Shown here: piece by piece, positions 39,352 to 50,000 of the stretch
Layout: every line of letters begins with the position of its first letter
Numbering within the stretch: the first letter of the stretch is position 1
Assembly: GCA_910588545.1 (NCBI GenBank)
Contig: CAJUOU010000003.1
Location: 54,248 to 118,247, forward strand
DNA length: 64,000 nt
DNA from: an uncultured Christensenellaceae bacterium
Lineage (GTDB): Bacteria; Bacillota; Clostridia; Christensenellales; UBA3700
Direction of reading: 5' to 3'
Translations under genes and position numbers: made by a program
The notes under the pieces: generated by a model
Told to the model about the DNA's origin: nothing
The model's input: the letters and a program-made list of their open reading frames with translations, nothing else
The model's database searches: none

Positions 39352-39786
39352 TTATTCTGTCAGATTTTCCTTTATTCTTTCCAAGTAATTTCTGAATTGT
39401 TTTTTTTCGTCTTCGCTAAAACCGCGAATAATAGTTTCCTGTATCATCGTAAATTCTTCCCTTATCAACATTGCAAACCTCATTGACTTTTCGGTAAGCA
39501 AAAGTTGTTTTAAACGCATATCTCCACCGACAGGCACCCTTTTGATAAGGTCTTCCCTTTCCATATCTTGTAACATGCTTGTTGCGGTCGAACGCCTGAT
39601 TTTTAAAATCCTGCTTATATCCTTTTGAAATACAGGTTTGCCTTGATACTCATCTATGATGCCGATTACCGCAGCTTGCCTTCTGGAAATTTCCTTTTGC
39701 ACAACATTCAATTTTTCCGAGCCGTTGATTTTATGCCTAATCAAATTTACAATTACCAAAATATCGTCTTGAAAATACTTTACCAT
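39352..39786 (-). CDS. MarR-family transcriptional regulator
   Basis: Winged-helix block RSTATSMLQDMEREDLIKRVPVGGDMRLKQLLLTEK. First gene of the marR-ABC-ABC operon. Confidence 0.85.
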   Translation of the reverse strand: MVKYFQDDILVIVNLIRHKINGSEKLNVVQKEISRRQAAVIGIIDEYQGKPVFQKDISRILKIRRSTATSMLQDMEREDLIKRVPVGGDMRLKQLLLTEKSMRFAMLIREEFTMIQETIIRGFSEDEKKQFRNYLERIKENLTE

Positions 39787-39811
39787 TATTCCGTTTCCTG
39801 TTCAAAATTTT

Positions 39812-39861
39812 GTTAGTATGCTAACTGTTAGTATTCTAACATTTTTTGATTTTTATGTCAA
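39812..39861 (-). promoter_or_regulatory. marR operon promoter overlapped by two tandem GTTAG-N4-CTAAC palindromes
   Basis: Sites at 39812-39825 and 39827-39840. On the minus strand, TTGACA (39856-39861)-17-TAGAAT (39833-39838), with the -10 lying inside site 2. Confidence 0.6.
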
Positions 39862-40076
39862 TCATATTTTGAGATAAAATTAAATTATTTTAAAGTATTT
39901 GTCAAATTCAAGTATGATTATTTTACAATAAAATCTTTATTTATTGTGGCTTAAAACAACCTAATAGCTATTATATGTCATTAAAAATTTAATGTCAACG
40001 GTTTTTTGAAATTTAAAAATTCTGCAAACAAAAAAACAACAACCGTAAAAGTCGCTGTTTTCTAATATGTATTTTT

Positions 40077-40970
40077 TTACTTTTTTGCTAAAATATCCTG
40101 CATATCTTTTGGCAGCGGCGCACAAAATTCCAACTGCTCATTTGTTATAGGATGACGAAATTTGATTTTACTGCTATGAAGTGCAGGTCTTTCTATCATA
40201 CTTTTGCTACCACCATACAAATCATCGCCTAGCAATGGGTGCCCGATATAGGATAAATGTACCCTTATTTGGTGCGTTCTGCCTGTTGCCAATACAAGTT
40301 GTACCAAGCTGTAATCGGGACAAGAGGACAATACTTTATAATGTGTTTTTGCGTATTTACCTCCCGATTGTACAACCCCGCGTACCAAACTATTACCCGT
40401 AGGAATACCTATATCCGCTATTATATCCCCCTCGCATGTCAAAATATTATCTTTATCATTATGCACTATTGCAAGGTATTCCCTTTGCACATTTTTGACT
40501 GCTGTTTGTTTATCCTGTGCAATTTGTTCAGACAGTATACTGTGAGCAAGACTATTTTTTGCAACTATCATAAGCCCGCTTGTCCCCTTATCAAGCCTGT
40601 TTACAGGATGATAAACAAAATCTCCCCAAACAGCTGCAAGTGCATTCATAAGACTTTTGCCGTAATGTGCATTAGTTGCAAGCACTGCAATATCCGCACT
40701 TTTATTTATTACCGCAATATCATAATCTTGATAAACAAAATCAATAGGATAGTCAAATGGGGCGATTTTCGGAGGGTTTTCTTTTAAAATCACTTTTATT
40801 TTATCCCCTGCATTAACTTTTGCAACTACAAAAACAGGCTCGCCGTTTACGCAAACCAAGCCTAATTCTTTTTTTAGTAAGTTGCAAATCCGCTCGGAAA
40901 AGCCTTTACTTTTTAAAAGGTTTTGAACTGTACCATCTTCCGTTGCGGTATACTCTAAAATTCTTTCCAT
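40077..40970 (-). CDS. RluA-family pseudouridine synthase
   Basis: S4-like N-terminus, HPVNRLDKGTSGLMIVAK (catalytic Asp) and TGRTHQIRVH. Start moved to MERILEY (40970), after the upstream stop. Confidence 0.88.
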   Translation of the reverse strand: MERILEYTATEDGTVQNLLKSKGFSERICNLLKKELGLVCVNGEPVFVVAKVNAGDKIKVILKENPPKIAPFDYPIDFVYQDYDIAVINKSADIAVLATNAHYGKSLMNALAAVWGDFVYHPVNRLDKGTSGLMIVAKNSLAHSILSEQIAQDKQTAVKNVQREYLAIVHNDKDNILTCEGDIIADIGIPTGNSLVRGVVQSGGKYAKTHYKVLSSCPDYSLVQLVLATGRTHQIRVHLSYIGHPLLGDDLYGGSKSMIERPALHSSKIKFRHPITNEQLEFCAPLPKDMQDILAKK

Positions 40971-40989
40971 ACCAAAACAATAACATATT

Positions 40990-41934
40990 TTATTTTTTAT
41001 TGCAAGCCTTGGCAATTAAATTGTTTATATTTTGGCAGTTTGCCGAACGATTAAGTCTGCCGAGTAAATATAAAGACTCCCTGCCTTTTACATAGTTCAA
41101 ATGCTCATTACAAGTCATAGTCATTTGATACTTCAAATTTTTAAGCACGCTTTCGCTTTCTTTACAGTATTCGCCATAAGGGTAACAATAAGTTTTTGTT
41201 TTTACCCCTATGCTTTTTAATTTATCCGTCAACTTTTGAGTATCCGATTTAAAGGTTTGTATATATTCATCGGACGTTTCTCCGTTTTTTATTTTAACGC
41301 CTTTTCTACCGTTTTTAATATGGTGATAATCGTAAGAGTGTTGAGCAATTTCTACTCGTGGATTTTTTGCAAGCTCTTTTACTTCGTTAGTGTTCATATA
41401 ACTGCAACGGGTTTTATATTCTATTTTATCCTGTTTGTCCATAAACTCGCCTACCACTGAGACAATACAGCTCATATCATATTTTTCGAGTAGTTTAGGC
41501 ACATATTTGTATACGCCGTAAAACCCGTCGTCAAAAGTAATCATGGCATATTTACCATACTTTTTATTGTCAACAACCTCTAAAAGCTTTTTTCTGTTTA
41601 CACATGTATAGCCTAATTTTTTTATTTCCGCAAAATCCTGTTCCAACATATTTACTCTTACTTCGTAGTCCCCTTGTTTTTGATTATTCCCTACGATATT
41701 GTGATACATTAAGCACAAAAGTTCTATCTTTCCGCCGTTAACTTTGACACTTTTGCTTGTATTTTGCACTCTGTCGTTTACTATTTGTCTAGCTGTACTC
41801 ATATTATGCTTATCGGTAAAATTAACTTGTTTAGCGGCATACTCGCATTTATCCATACCGATAATAAAGCAAACTGCAAAAATCAGCATACATAACATTA
41901 AAAACAAAGTAAACTTTCCATTATTTTTTGCCAT
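40990..41934 (-). CDS. Polysaccharide deacetylase (NodB homology) family protein, membrane anchored
   Basis: ITFDDGFYGVY and QHSYDYHH motifs. Start at MAKNNGK (41934), which has an AAGGAGAG RBS. Confidence 0.8.
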   Translation of the reverse strand: MAKNNGKFTLFLMLCMLIFAVCFIIGMDKCEYAAKQVNFTDKHNMSTARQIVNDRVQNTSKSVKVNGGKIELLCLMYHNIVGNNQKQGDYEVRVNMLEQDFAEIKKLGYTCVNRKKLLEVVDNKKYGKYAMITFDDGFYGVYKYVPKLLEKYDMSCIVSVVGEFMDKQDKIEYKTRCSYMNTNEVKELAKNPRVEIAQHSYDYHHIKNGRKGVKIKNGETSDEYIQTFKSDTQKLTDKLKSIGVKTKTYCYPYGEYCKESESVLKNLKYQMTMTCNEHLNYVKGRESLYLLGRLNRSANCQNINNLIAKACNKK

Positions 41935-42132
41935 AATACTCTCCTTACTTTTAGTATTGATAATTTTAAGCAAATTATTTGTTTTTAACTAAAAATAAAG
42001 TTTATCAACGCCTTTAATGCCATTTGTATTGCATAAAATTCCAGCAATACTCCCGCCGATTGTTGCTTAATTCGACAATTTTCCACTATATAACAAAAAA
42101 TATATCTTTTTATAAAATTAATATAAAATAGC

Positions 42133-42161
42133 TTGAAATAAAAAGTTTTTTATAGTATAAT
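42133..42161 (+). promoter_or_regulatory. Promoter of the transketolase operon
   Basis: TTGAAA (42133-42138)-17-TATAAT (42156-42161). Confidence 0.55.
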
Positions 42162-42212
42162 AATCGCTAGAGATTGTTTATACAAAACATTATTCAGTTA
42201 TAGGAGTTCAAA

Positions 42213-43034
42213 ATGGAATCTAATACTATCAGCACCCTTTACAAACAGGCTGATTTAATACGCAAAATGTGTATCGAATGTATAGCAACATTCGGTGTTG
42301 GTCATATCGGCGGCTCTTCAAGTATAATCGAGTTTTTAACTGCACTATACTTTAAGATGGCTAACATTGACCCTAGTGACCCGAAAAATCCCGACCGTGA
42401 CAGGATTGTACTTTCTAAAGGCCACGCTGCACCGGGACTTTACGCTACACTTGCCGCAAGGGGGTATTTTGACAAAAAATTATTGCTTACACTAAATCAA
42501 AACGGCACTCAACTTCCATCTCATGCGGATATGTTGAAAGTAAACGGTGTTGATTTTACTGCGGGCTCGTTGGGACAAGGTATTTCCGCTGCGGTTGGTA
42601 TGGCAATTAACGCCATTATGGACAGAAGAAAATATCATACTTTTGCTATTGTCGGCGACGGAGAAAGTCAAGAAGGTCAAGTTTGGGAGGCATTAATGCT
42701 TGCCGGCTCAAGACATTTGCACAACTTTACAGTAGTTATCGATAACAACAAAATGCAAATCGACGGTATGACTGCGGATGTTTGTAAGGTAGAGCCTTTT
42801 GAGTCTAAATTGCGTGCTTTCCGTTTTAAAACATACACTATTGATGGTCACGATATGGAAGCTATTGTCGACACTATCGAAAAATGCAAACGCTCCCGCA
42901 TGCCAACGGCAATTATTTTAAATACTATCAAAGGCAAAGGTTTAAAATGCTGTGAGGGGCACTACAAATCACACAGTGTCAGCTTCACTCCTGAAATGTT
43001 TGCTGCAGAATGCACGGGAGGAGTTTTAAAATGA
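42213..43034 (+). CDS. tkt: Transketolase, N-terminal (TPP-binding) subunit
   Basis: GHIGGSSS, LSKGHAAP and VGDGESQEGQVWEA motifs. Split-tkt arrangement. Confidence 0.92.
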   Translation: MESNTISTLYKQADLIRKMCIECIATFGVGHIGGSSSIIEFLTALYFKMANIDPSDPKNPDRDRIVLSKGHAAPGLYATLAARGYFDKKLLLTLNQNGTQLPSHADMLKVNGVDFTAGSLGQGISAAVGMAINAIMDRRKYHTFAIVGDGESQEGQVWEALMLAGSRHLHNFTVVIDNNKMQIDGMTADVCKVEPFESKLRAFRFKTYTIDGHDMEAIVDTIEKCKRSRMPTAIILNTIKGKGLKCCEGHYKSHSVSFTPEMFAAECTGGVLK

Positions 43035-43990
43035 GCGAATTACACAATAAAGAAATGCGTCAAGTTTACGTTGACAATTTGATTAAATACTCTAAACTCG
43101 ACAGAAGAATTGTCGTGCTTGAGGCAGACCTTATGAACTGCATAGGTACAGGCAAGTTTAAGGAAGCTTTTCCAAGACGTTTTATTAACTGCGGAATTGC
43201 GGAAAGTAATATGATAGGTGTGGCAGCAGGTCTTGCAAGTTGCGGCAAATTGCCTTTCTGCTCTTCTTTTACTCCGTTTGCTACAAGAAGATGCTATGAC
43301 CAAATCGCAGTTAGCGTTGGATATACAAAACAAAATGTAAAAATAGTAGGAACAGACCCCGGCATTATGGCTCAAATAAACGGCGGCACACACATGAGCT
43401 TTGAGGACGTTGCTCTTATGACTCAAGTACCCGATATGATTGTTGTTGAGCCTTGCGATTGCGTTTGCCTTGACAAACTATTCCCTCAAATTTTAAAATG
43501 TGATAAACCGATGTATATTAGATTGCAAAGGAAAAAGACTCCTCCAATCTATGACGAAAAAGCTAAAATCGACCTTTTTAAAGCTAATACTGTTGTGGAC
43601 GGAGATAGCCTTACCATCATAGCTTGTGGCATTATGGTACACCGTGCTATAGCGGCATCAATGACTTTGAAAAACCAAGGTATTAATGCAAGGGTTATTG
43701 CACTTCACACTTACAAGCCTTTGGATAGTGAAACAATACTTAATGCTTGTCGCGAAACAGGTGCGGTAGTAGTTTGCGAAAACCATCACTTGATAGGCGG
43801 CTTGGGCTCTGAAGTTGCTGCACTGCTTATGCAAAATGATGTGCTTATCCCTATGACTAGGGTTGGTATCGGTGACAGATACGGCGAAGTCGGCAAAGAA
43901 GCTTACCTTGCGGAAGTTATGCACCTAACCGAGCAAGACATTGTGGAAAAAGCGCAAGAAGCTTACAAAAGAAAACTTTCAAATATGTAA
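43031..43990 (+). CDS. tkt: Transketolase, C-terminal (pyrimidine-binding) subunit
   Basis: FINCGIAESNMIGVAAGLA motif. ATGA start/stop overlap with the N subunit and a GGAGG RBS. Confidence 0.92.
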   Translation: MSELHNKEMRQVYVDNLIKYSKLDRRIVVLEADLMNCIGTGKFKEAFPRRFINCGIAESNMIGVAAGLASCGKLPFCSSFTPFATRRCYDQIAVSVGYTKQNVKIVGTDPGIMAQINGGTHMSFEDVALMTQVPDMIVVEPCDCVCLDKLFPQILKCDKPMYIRLQRKKTPPIYDEKAKIDLFKANTVVDGDSLTIIACGIMVHRAIAASMTLKNQGINARVIALHTYKPLDSETILNACRETGAVVVCENHHLIGGLGSEVAALLMQNDVLIPMTRVGIGDRYGEVGKEAYLAEVMHLTEQDIVEKAQEAYKRKLSNM

Positions 43991-44062
43991 TTATAAAAAA
44001 ACAAAAACTACTGAATAAGCTCAGTAGTTTTTGTTTTTACCCCCGATTTTCAATTAATTTTT
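43934..44062 (+). repeat. Left copy of island-flanking direct repeat (authentic tkt 3' end + terminator + ACCCCCGATTTTCAATTAATTTTT)
   Basis: Aligns with 53937-54064. I counted 11 mismatches in the 57-nt coding part and about 6 differences in the 72-nt non-coding part. Confidence 0.85.
44002..44038 (+). terminator. tkt terminator
   Basis: 13-bp stem CAAAAACTACTGA/TCAGTAGTTTTTG followed by TTTTT. Confidence 0.85.
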
Positions 44063-44170
44063 GTCAAAAATTATCTTTTTATTTTAAAACAAATTCATTT
44101 AAACACTTAAATAATTAAAGAGTTTTAATGGCGTTTTATCAATTAAATAGCAAGTGAAAATGTATCATGT

Positions 44171-44214
44171 ATAAAAACCTCTAGTTAAAAATATTTTTAA
44201 CTAGAGGTTTTGTC
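44171..44214. terminator. Terminator after the island ABC gene
   Basis: 17-bp perfect palindrome AACCTCTAGTTAAAAAT/ATTTTTAACTAGAGGTT with flanking A/T runs. Confidence 0.7.
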
Positions 44215-44235
44215 TTTATCTTTTTGTTTTCTAAA

Positions 44236-46755
44236 TTACTCTTTAGTTTTTTGAAATGCTTTGCGAAGATTTTTGTCGCTTATTCTACAAATGTTGAAAG
44301 TCAGTGCCAATACAGCAGTGGCTACAGCAATAAATATTGCAATAATTATAGATACTGGTATCAATGGCAATTTAACAATTAATGTCTGACCAATTATAGT
44401 AGTCATAAGAAAATTAAACAAGAATATTACTCCTATACCAACCCCAATACCAATAATTAGTTCAATTAAAAGTTGTATTATTGTGAATATTCCATAGATT
44501 TTGAAATAATCTAATTTTTTTGCACCAAGTGACTTAAGTATAAGCAAATCGTTTGCCTTTGATGTTATAATAATACCAATAGAATTATATATAAGTACTC
44601 CTACAACAGCTGCAAGTATAATACTTGCCACAATGAAAACATAATTACCAATCATTCGCATTTCAGCATATTCACTTGTTATTAGTATGCCATCATCAAT
44701 AATAAAATCTAACATTGATTGATAATAGTTATCATAACTTTTCCCACCATATAGTTTCTTTGCTTGTGCATTTAATTGTTTAAGTCCGCCTGCACTTAAA
44801 CTATCCATATTGAAAATGATTTTATTTAATTGTGATTTTTCATATCCACCCATCATCATTTTATAATCTTCTTCATTATACAAAATTCCTAAATTATTTA
44901 TATCATTTAATCGAGCATCAATTTTAACTTTAAACTTTATGTTCATTCGGATATTTCTGTCAATGGTATATTCTCCACCTAAATCTTGAACATCACCCCT
45001 CACTAGCATAGTTGAAAGCAGTATTGCATCACCATCGTTTAAATTTTTAAACATCGCATAATGATTGTTCATTAACACAGTACCTTTTTCCACACTATCA
45101 ACACCCGTAATATGTGCAGTCAATGAATTAGCAGGTGCTACACCAATGTTATTGTATTTTGCATTCTCTGTTGTCATTAAGGTATGTACATATTGCCCTT
45201 GATTACTTTTAACTTTTCCAGGGCTTTCAATATACATTGTAGCATCCCACACATCACTCCAAGCAGTTGAAACAATTACCGATTGTGCCAAAATCTTATC
45301 TATAACATAAGAATATGCCTCTTGCTCATCCTCACTTTCAAACTCGCTTATTGGTTTTGCAAATTTTTCTGGAACAACAACGCCATCATCAAATACACCA
45401 ACAATTTTAATGCCATAAAAGTTATGTTCAAAGATATTCTCTACTGCAACAAATTTATTAGTATCTTTGTCACGATAACCACCTACAGCATTAAAATATA
45501 TTAATTTACTTTTAGGAATAGCTATTTCTCCTAATTTCTCAGGTTGTCTTCCTTTTATAAGAGAAATACCTAGGCTTTCTAAGTCATTTGTCACTATATA
45601 TTTATCTATAAATGCATATCCGTATGCCACATCTTGCAAATTAAGCATTTTTTCATTTATATCATAAGTCAGAGTGCCAGTAAACTCAGTATCAATACCA
45701 AAAATATCTGTTACATTGGTATATACCTTTGCACTATTTATCCCCTTTTTATCTTTAAGATATTTACTTATTTCAGTCAAATCATTATGCGTTGTCGCAG
45801 TAAAAGTACCATTACCAATTACTCTAGATACTTTTTCATACTTTGAGTATTCAGATATAACCATATTACTTACATTTCTCTTGTCGTAAGTAGCACGAAC
45901 CATAGTTTCGTAATCAATCGATGCCCAATTACAGCAGAACATAAGCATCATAAGTAGAATAGTTGTCATAACCATAAAAGCAATTCGTCTGCCTACCTTT
46001 GCTTTATTAAAAGCAATCGCTACTGACATAGATGTTTTAAAACTTAAACCAACTTTTTTAGCCTTTTGCACGCCGATATTCTGTGGTTTTTCTACATTTT
46101 TACAAACGGCTAACTCAGTAAGTTCTTTATCTTCTACAATTACGCCATCTTGCAATCTTAACATTCGATTAGCATAATTTTTTATAGTTTCAACATCATG
46201 CGTAACAACAATTATTAGAATATCTTTTGCTAATTCTTGAAGTAAACCAAAGATATTTTTGCTGTTTTTGCTGTCAAGATTGCCTGTAGGCTCATCTGCA
46301 AAAATAATTTTTGGCTTTTGTACTAATGCTCTTGCTATAGCAACTCTTTGTTTTTGTCCACCAGACAAACTAAGTACTTTTTCATTTTTACACTCAAAAA
46401 TGCCAAGTTTATCTAGCAAAGCGTCAATTTGCTCTATACTATAGTCACTAGCAACCAATTCCTTTGCAACCAAAATATTGTCAATAACACTAAGGTTTTC
46501 AATTAATTTATAATCTTGATATATTGTAGCAAAAGTTGACTTAATCTCTCTAGGATTGCACTTTTCTCCAAAAATAAAGATTTCGCCATCACTTTTTTCA
46601 TCAATGCCCGACAAAACATTTAGCAAAGTAGACTTTCCACAACCACTACTTCCTACAACTGCTATCATACCATAATTAGGAGTGTCAAAAGACACTCCTC
46701 TTAAGGCTTCAACTCCATTTTCGTAAGTTTTTGTTAAATTTTCAACTTTTAACAT
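44236..46755 (-). CDS. Fused ABC ATPase / FtsX-MacB-type permease (839 aa)
   Basis: N-terminal NBD ([30 protein letters not shown]). A TM helix follows, then a ~400-aa extracytoplasmic region and a C-terminal FtsX-like 3-TM bundle. AAGGAGG RBS. Confidence 0.85.
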   Translation of the reverse strand: MLKVENLTKTYENGVEALRGVSFDTPNYGMIAVVGSSGCGKSTLLNVLSGIDEKSDGEIFIFGEKCNPREIKSTFATIYQDYKLIENLSVIDNILVAKELVASDYSIEQIDALLDKLGIFECKNEKVLSLSGGQKQRVAIARALVQKPKIIFADEPTGNLDSKNSKNIFGLLQELAKDILIIVVTHDVETIKNYANRMLRLQDGVIVEDKELTELAVCKNVEKPQNIGVQKAKKVGLSFKTSMSVAIAFNKAKVGRRIAFMVMTTILLMMLMFCCNWASIDYETMVRATYDKRNVSNMVISEYSKYEKVSRVIGNGTFTATTHNDLTEISKYLKDKKGINSAKVYTNVTDIFGIDTEFTGTLTYDINEKMLNLQDVAYGYAFIDKYIVTNDLESLGISLIKGRQPEKLGEIAIPKSKLIYFNAVGGYRDKDTNKFVAVENIFEHNFYGIKIVGVFDDGVVVPEKFAKPISEFESEDEQEAYSYVIDKILAQSVIVSTAWSDVWDATMYIESPGKVKSNQGQYVHTLMTTENAKYNNIGVAPANSLTAHITGVDSVEKGTVLMNNHYAMFKNLNDGDAILLSTMLVRGDVQDLGGEYTIDRNIRMNIKFKVKIDARLNDINNLGILYNEEDYKMMMGGYEKSQLNKIIFNMDSLSAGGLKQLNAQAKKLYGGKSYDNYYQSMLDFIIDDGILITSEYAEMRMIGNYVFIVASIILAAVVGVLIYNSIGIIITSKANDLLILKSLGAKKLDYFKIYGIFTIIQLLIELIIGIGVGIGVIFLFNFLMTTIIGQTLIVKLPLIPVSIIIAIFIAVATAVLALTFNICRISDKNLRKAFQKTKE

Positions 46756-46952
46756 AAAACCTCCTTAATTAATATAAATTTTAATTTTGGAGTAAAACTA
46801 TATAACTAGCAGTCCTCATCATAAGTATTTTAACATAGTTTTACTCGTTTTTCAATATGAAAAATCAAATTAATTTTTCAATGTTCGCATTTTTTGTTGC
46901 TACACTCTTTAAAAACTTTCTCTTATCACCTCCTTAAGATATTACATTTTCC

Positions 46953-47032
46953 CCCTTCTACTTTATATACGAATAACTTGGCAATTTTTATTCAAAAAAA
47001 AGAAGAATTTTTGAAAATCTCAAAAATTCTTC
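46953..47032 (-). promoter_or_regulatory. Repeated module: 13-bp-stem terminator plus TGAATA-N17-CGTATA promoter (copy upstream of the ABC gene)
   Basis: Hairpin GAAGAATTTTTGA-aaatc-TCAAAAATTCTTC (47002-47032) plus a U-run. -35 TGAATA is the complement of 46989-46994 and -10 CGTATA the complement of 46966-46971. About 78 bp are near-identical to 51655-51736. Confidence 0.6.
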
Positions 47033-47071
47033 ATGTACATTGTTTTAATTAGTCTACACCATTATAATTAT

Positions 47072-50000
47072 TCAATTTAAAAACATATCAAAAAATTCAT
47101 TTGAGTAAGCAGAAGGCAAATCTACTATAGAATCTTCAACTTGATGTTGTCCTGCAACTGGTTTACTTACTTGATCACCTACAGGTCCCACAGAAGTGGT
47201 GCCATCACGACCATATTCACCATTTTTACCATCGCTGCCATTGTTTCCTATAATTCCAGCATTTCCTCCTTTACCACCAGTACCTTTGTGACCAATATTG
47301 CCATTTTTACCATTGATACCACCATCAGTAGTTAAAGTTTCAACATTAGTTCCTTGAGCAGCACTTCCTGCAACTCCATTGGTTCCACCATTGCCACCTT
47401 TACCACCATCACCAGGGTCACCTGTTCCAGTAAACCAATCTCCACTAACATCATCAGCACCTTTGCCGCCATTACCACCATTGCCGCCATTGCCACCGTT
47501 TCCACCGTCGCCACCTTTAATATAATAATTAGAACCACGAGCAACATTAATTATATTATTTGATGCATAAATAGCATATCCGCCATTACCACCGTTTCCA
47601 CCAGCAGATCCATCTTTTCCTGGAGCGCCATCATCACCCTTTATAGGTTTAAAAATACTACCTCTTGGAGGTCTTTCACCATCTTTACCATTTTCACCAT
47701 TATAGCCGCTACTACCATTTCCGCCATTACCACCATAGATATAAACTTTAGAATCAGAATTAAAAGCCATTAATGTAACTTCCTTAGCTTTAATTCCATA
47801 ACCGCCATTAGCACCAGCTACACCATTACCACTTCCATCAGCTCCATTTCCGCCTTTAATGGTAACTGAACCAAAGTAAGTTAAATAAATTGCTGAACTT
47901 TCACAATCAATAGCATTAACTGCACCTCCAGTTGGTGCTTTTATATCAATATTTTTCAAGCCAAATAGAATTGCACCATTTCTGTTTAAAACATTAATTT
48001 TTGCAGTTATTGTCATATATCCATTGCCAATAAATGTTATCATTTTTACAGAAGAGTTTATATTTATAGTATACTTCATACTACTTGAAGCATTAGAAAA
48101 ATCTACTATAGCAACTCTATCAGTGATAGACAAATTCTCACTTGCTGTAATAACTCTTCCTTCCCATTCTACTACTAATTCAATATCTTTAAATATTTCT
48201 TTTGTATTTTCAAAACTATTACCATTATAACTCCATTTTACAAATAAATAACCAAATTTTTGTGGAGTAGCAAGTTCTGTGTTAAACACTGGATTGTCTA
48301 CTGTAAATTCATTTGGCAAATCAAACACAACATCGGCATACCTAAAATTATATGTAATATTATATTTAATTAAATCATATTGAGGGTATAATGTGTTGCT
48401 ATCAATTTGATCTTCCCATACCCATGTTTTTCTTGCATCAATGATAAGATTTCCACCTATTGGTTTATCAAACCAACCTTTAAATATCTTACCTTCTATT
48501 TCTGGAATTGCTATATCCAATGTTTGTCCATATTCAATAAATACTTCTTGTCCCCCATTATCACCGATAATAATTTGATATTTTGATGTTTCATATTTTG
48601 CTAATAGACTAATATCGTCATAAAAATCAATCATATCATTAACATTCAATCTTGTTCCATTATATTCCCAACCACAAAAATCTTTACCAGTTATTACTGG
48701 AGCAACAATATAGTTATCAAACTTAGACCCATAATACTCTGTCCTACTGCCAATAAAATTATTATTTATATCATAAAAATTGATTGTTAATTCTTTTGCT
48801 TTTAATGTATTAGTCAAATTAACAAAACAGATATTCTCTTGATATTCCTGCAATCTAGCTTCTTTTACATACAATATAACTTTATCATCAAAACAATCCC
48901 CATCTAAAACTGGTGGAATATCAGAAGTAAATATTATGCTTTCTAAATCTGTTGCACCTTTAAATGCTGAAACTCCTATAGAATCAATTTTATCAGACAA
49001 TATAATTTGAGTAGGGACATTGTTATCAAAACAATCTCTTCCTATTCTATGTATATTATCTGGAATTTTTACAATTCTTTCTGTTCCAAAATACTTTAAC
49101 AAAACTTTTCCTAAAATTACAAATTTACTTGCATTATTTGAATACCAAGGGGTATCTAACAAAGCGGTAATATCACAATCAATAATATTATTTGCATTAT
49201 TAATATATGCCAATGAACTATTTGTGAATGTTTCAGGTCCAATAAACTCTACTTGATTTAAATTAATAGTTCTAATATTTTTGTTGTTTTTAAATAATCT
49301 AGCATTTAAAATTGTTACTTTATCAGGAATTGTTATTTCAGAAACTACAGGATTTGCATATATTGCCACTTTTTTATCTGTATCTGTAACATTACATTTA
49401 ATTAAAATATTATCTTGCCAAACATAATTTGCATTGCTTTTAAAATTAGTAATCATAGTGCCTAAAAAAGCATCATCTTCAATACTATTAACACCATAAG
49501 GTATGATAAAATCAGTTATTGCTGTATTTGCAAAAGCACATTTAGTTATGATATTAAGAGAGGTATTAGCACTTAAATTTACATTGTTCAAATTACTACA
49601 TCCTGCAAATGCTCTTTCGCCCAAATTGTTCAAATATGGCAAATTGATAGAAGTTAATCCTAAACAATTTTCAAAAGCTGAATTGCCAATATTTTTCAAC
49701 TTATCCATAGCACTTCCTATATTAATACTTGAACAATTATAAAATGCTTCTGCGCCAACATTTTGTAAATTACCTAAGTCATCTAATGCTTCCAATTTAG
49801 TACAATTTTTAAAAGCATAATCTCCAATGTGTGTTACATTGTTCAAATTAGTTATAGATTTTAAATTAGTACAATTTTCAAAAGTTCCTATACCTATATT
49901 TTTAATGTTTTTGGATAAAGCCAAATTTTCAATACTATTATTAGCAAATACATAATCACCTAATTCAGTAACATTTTTTTCATAAATTGTATCAGGAATA

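Noticed and set aside
47141-47563. Three overlapping ORFs on both strands (47141-47335, 47332-47547, 47354-47563) with repetitive V/M/A or I/T/S products.
   Set aside because: They are alternative frames of the (GGN)n / G-X-Y coding repeats of the 1236-aa gene.
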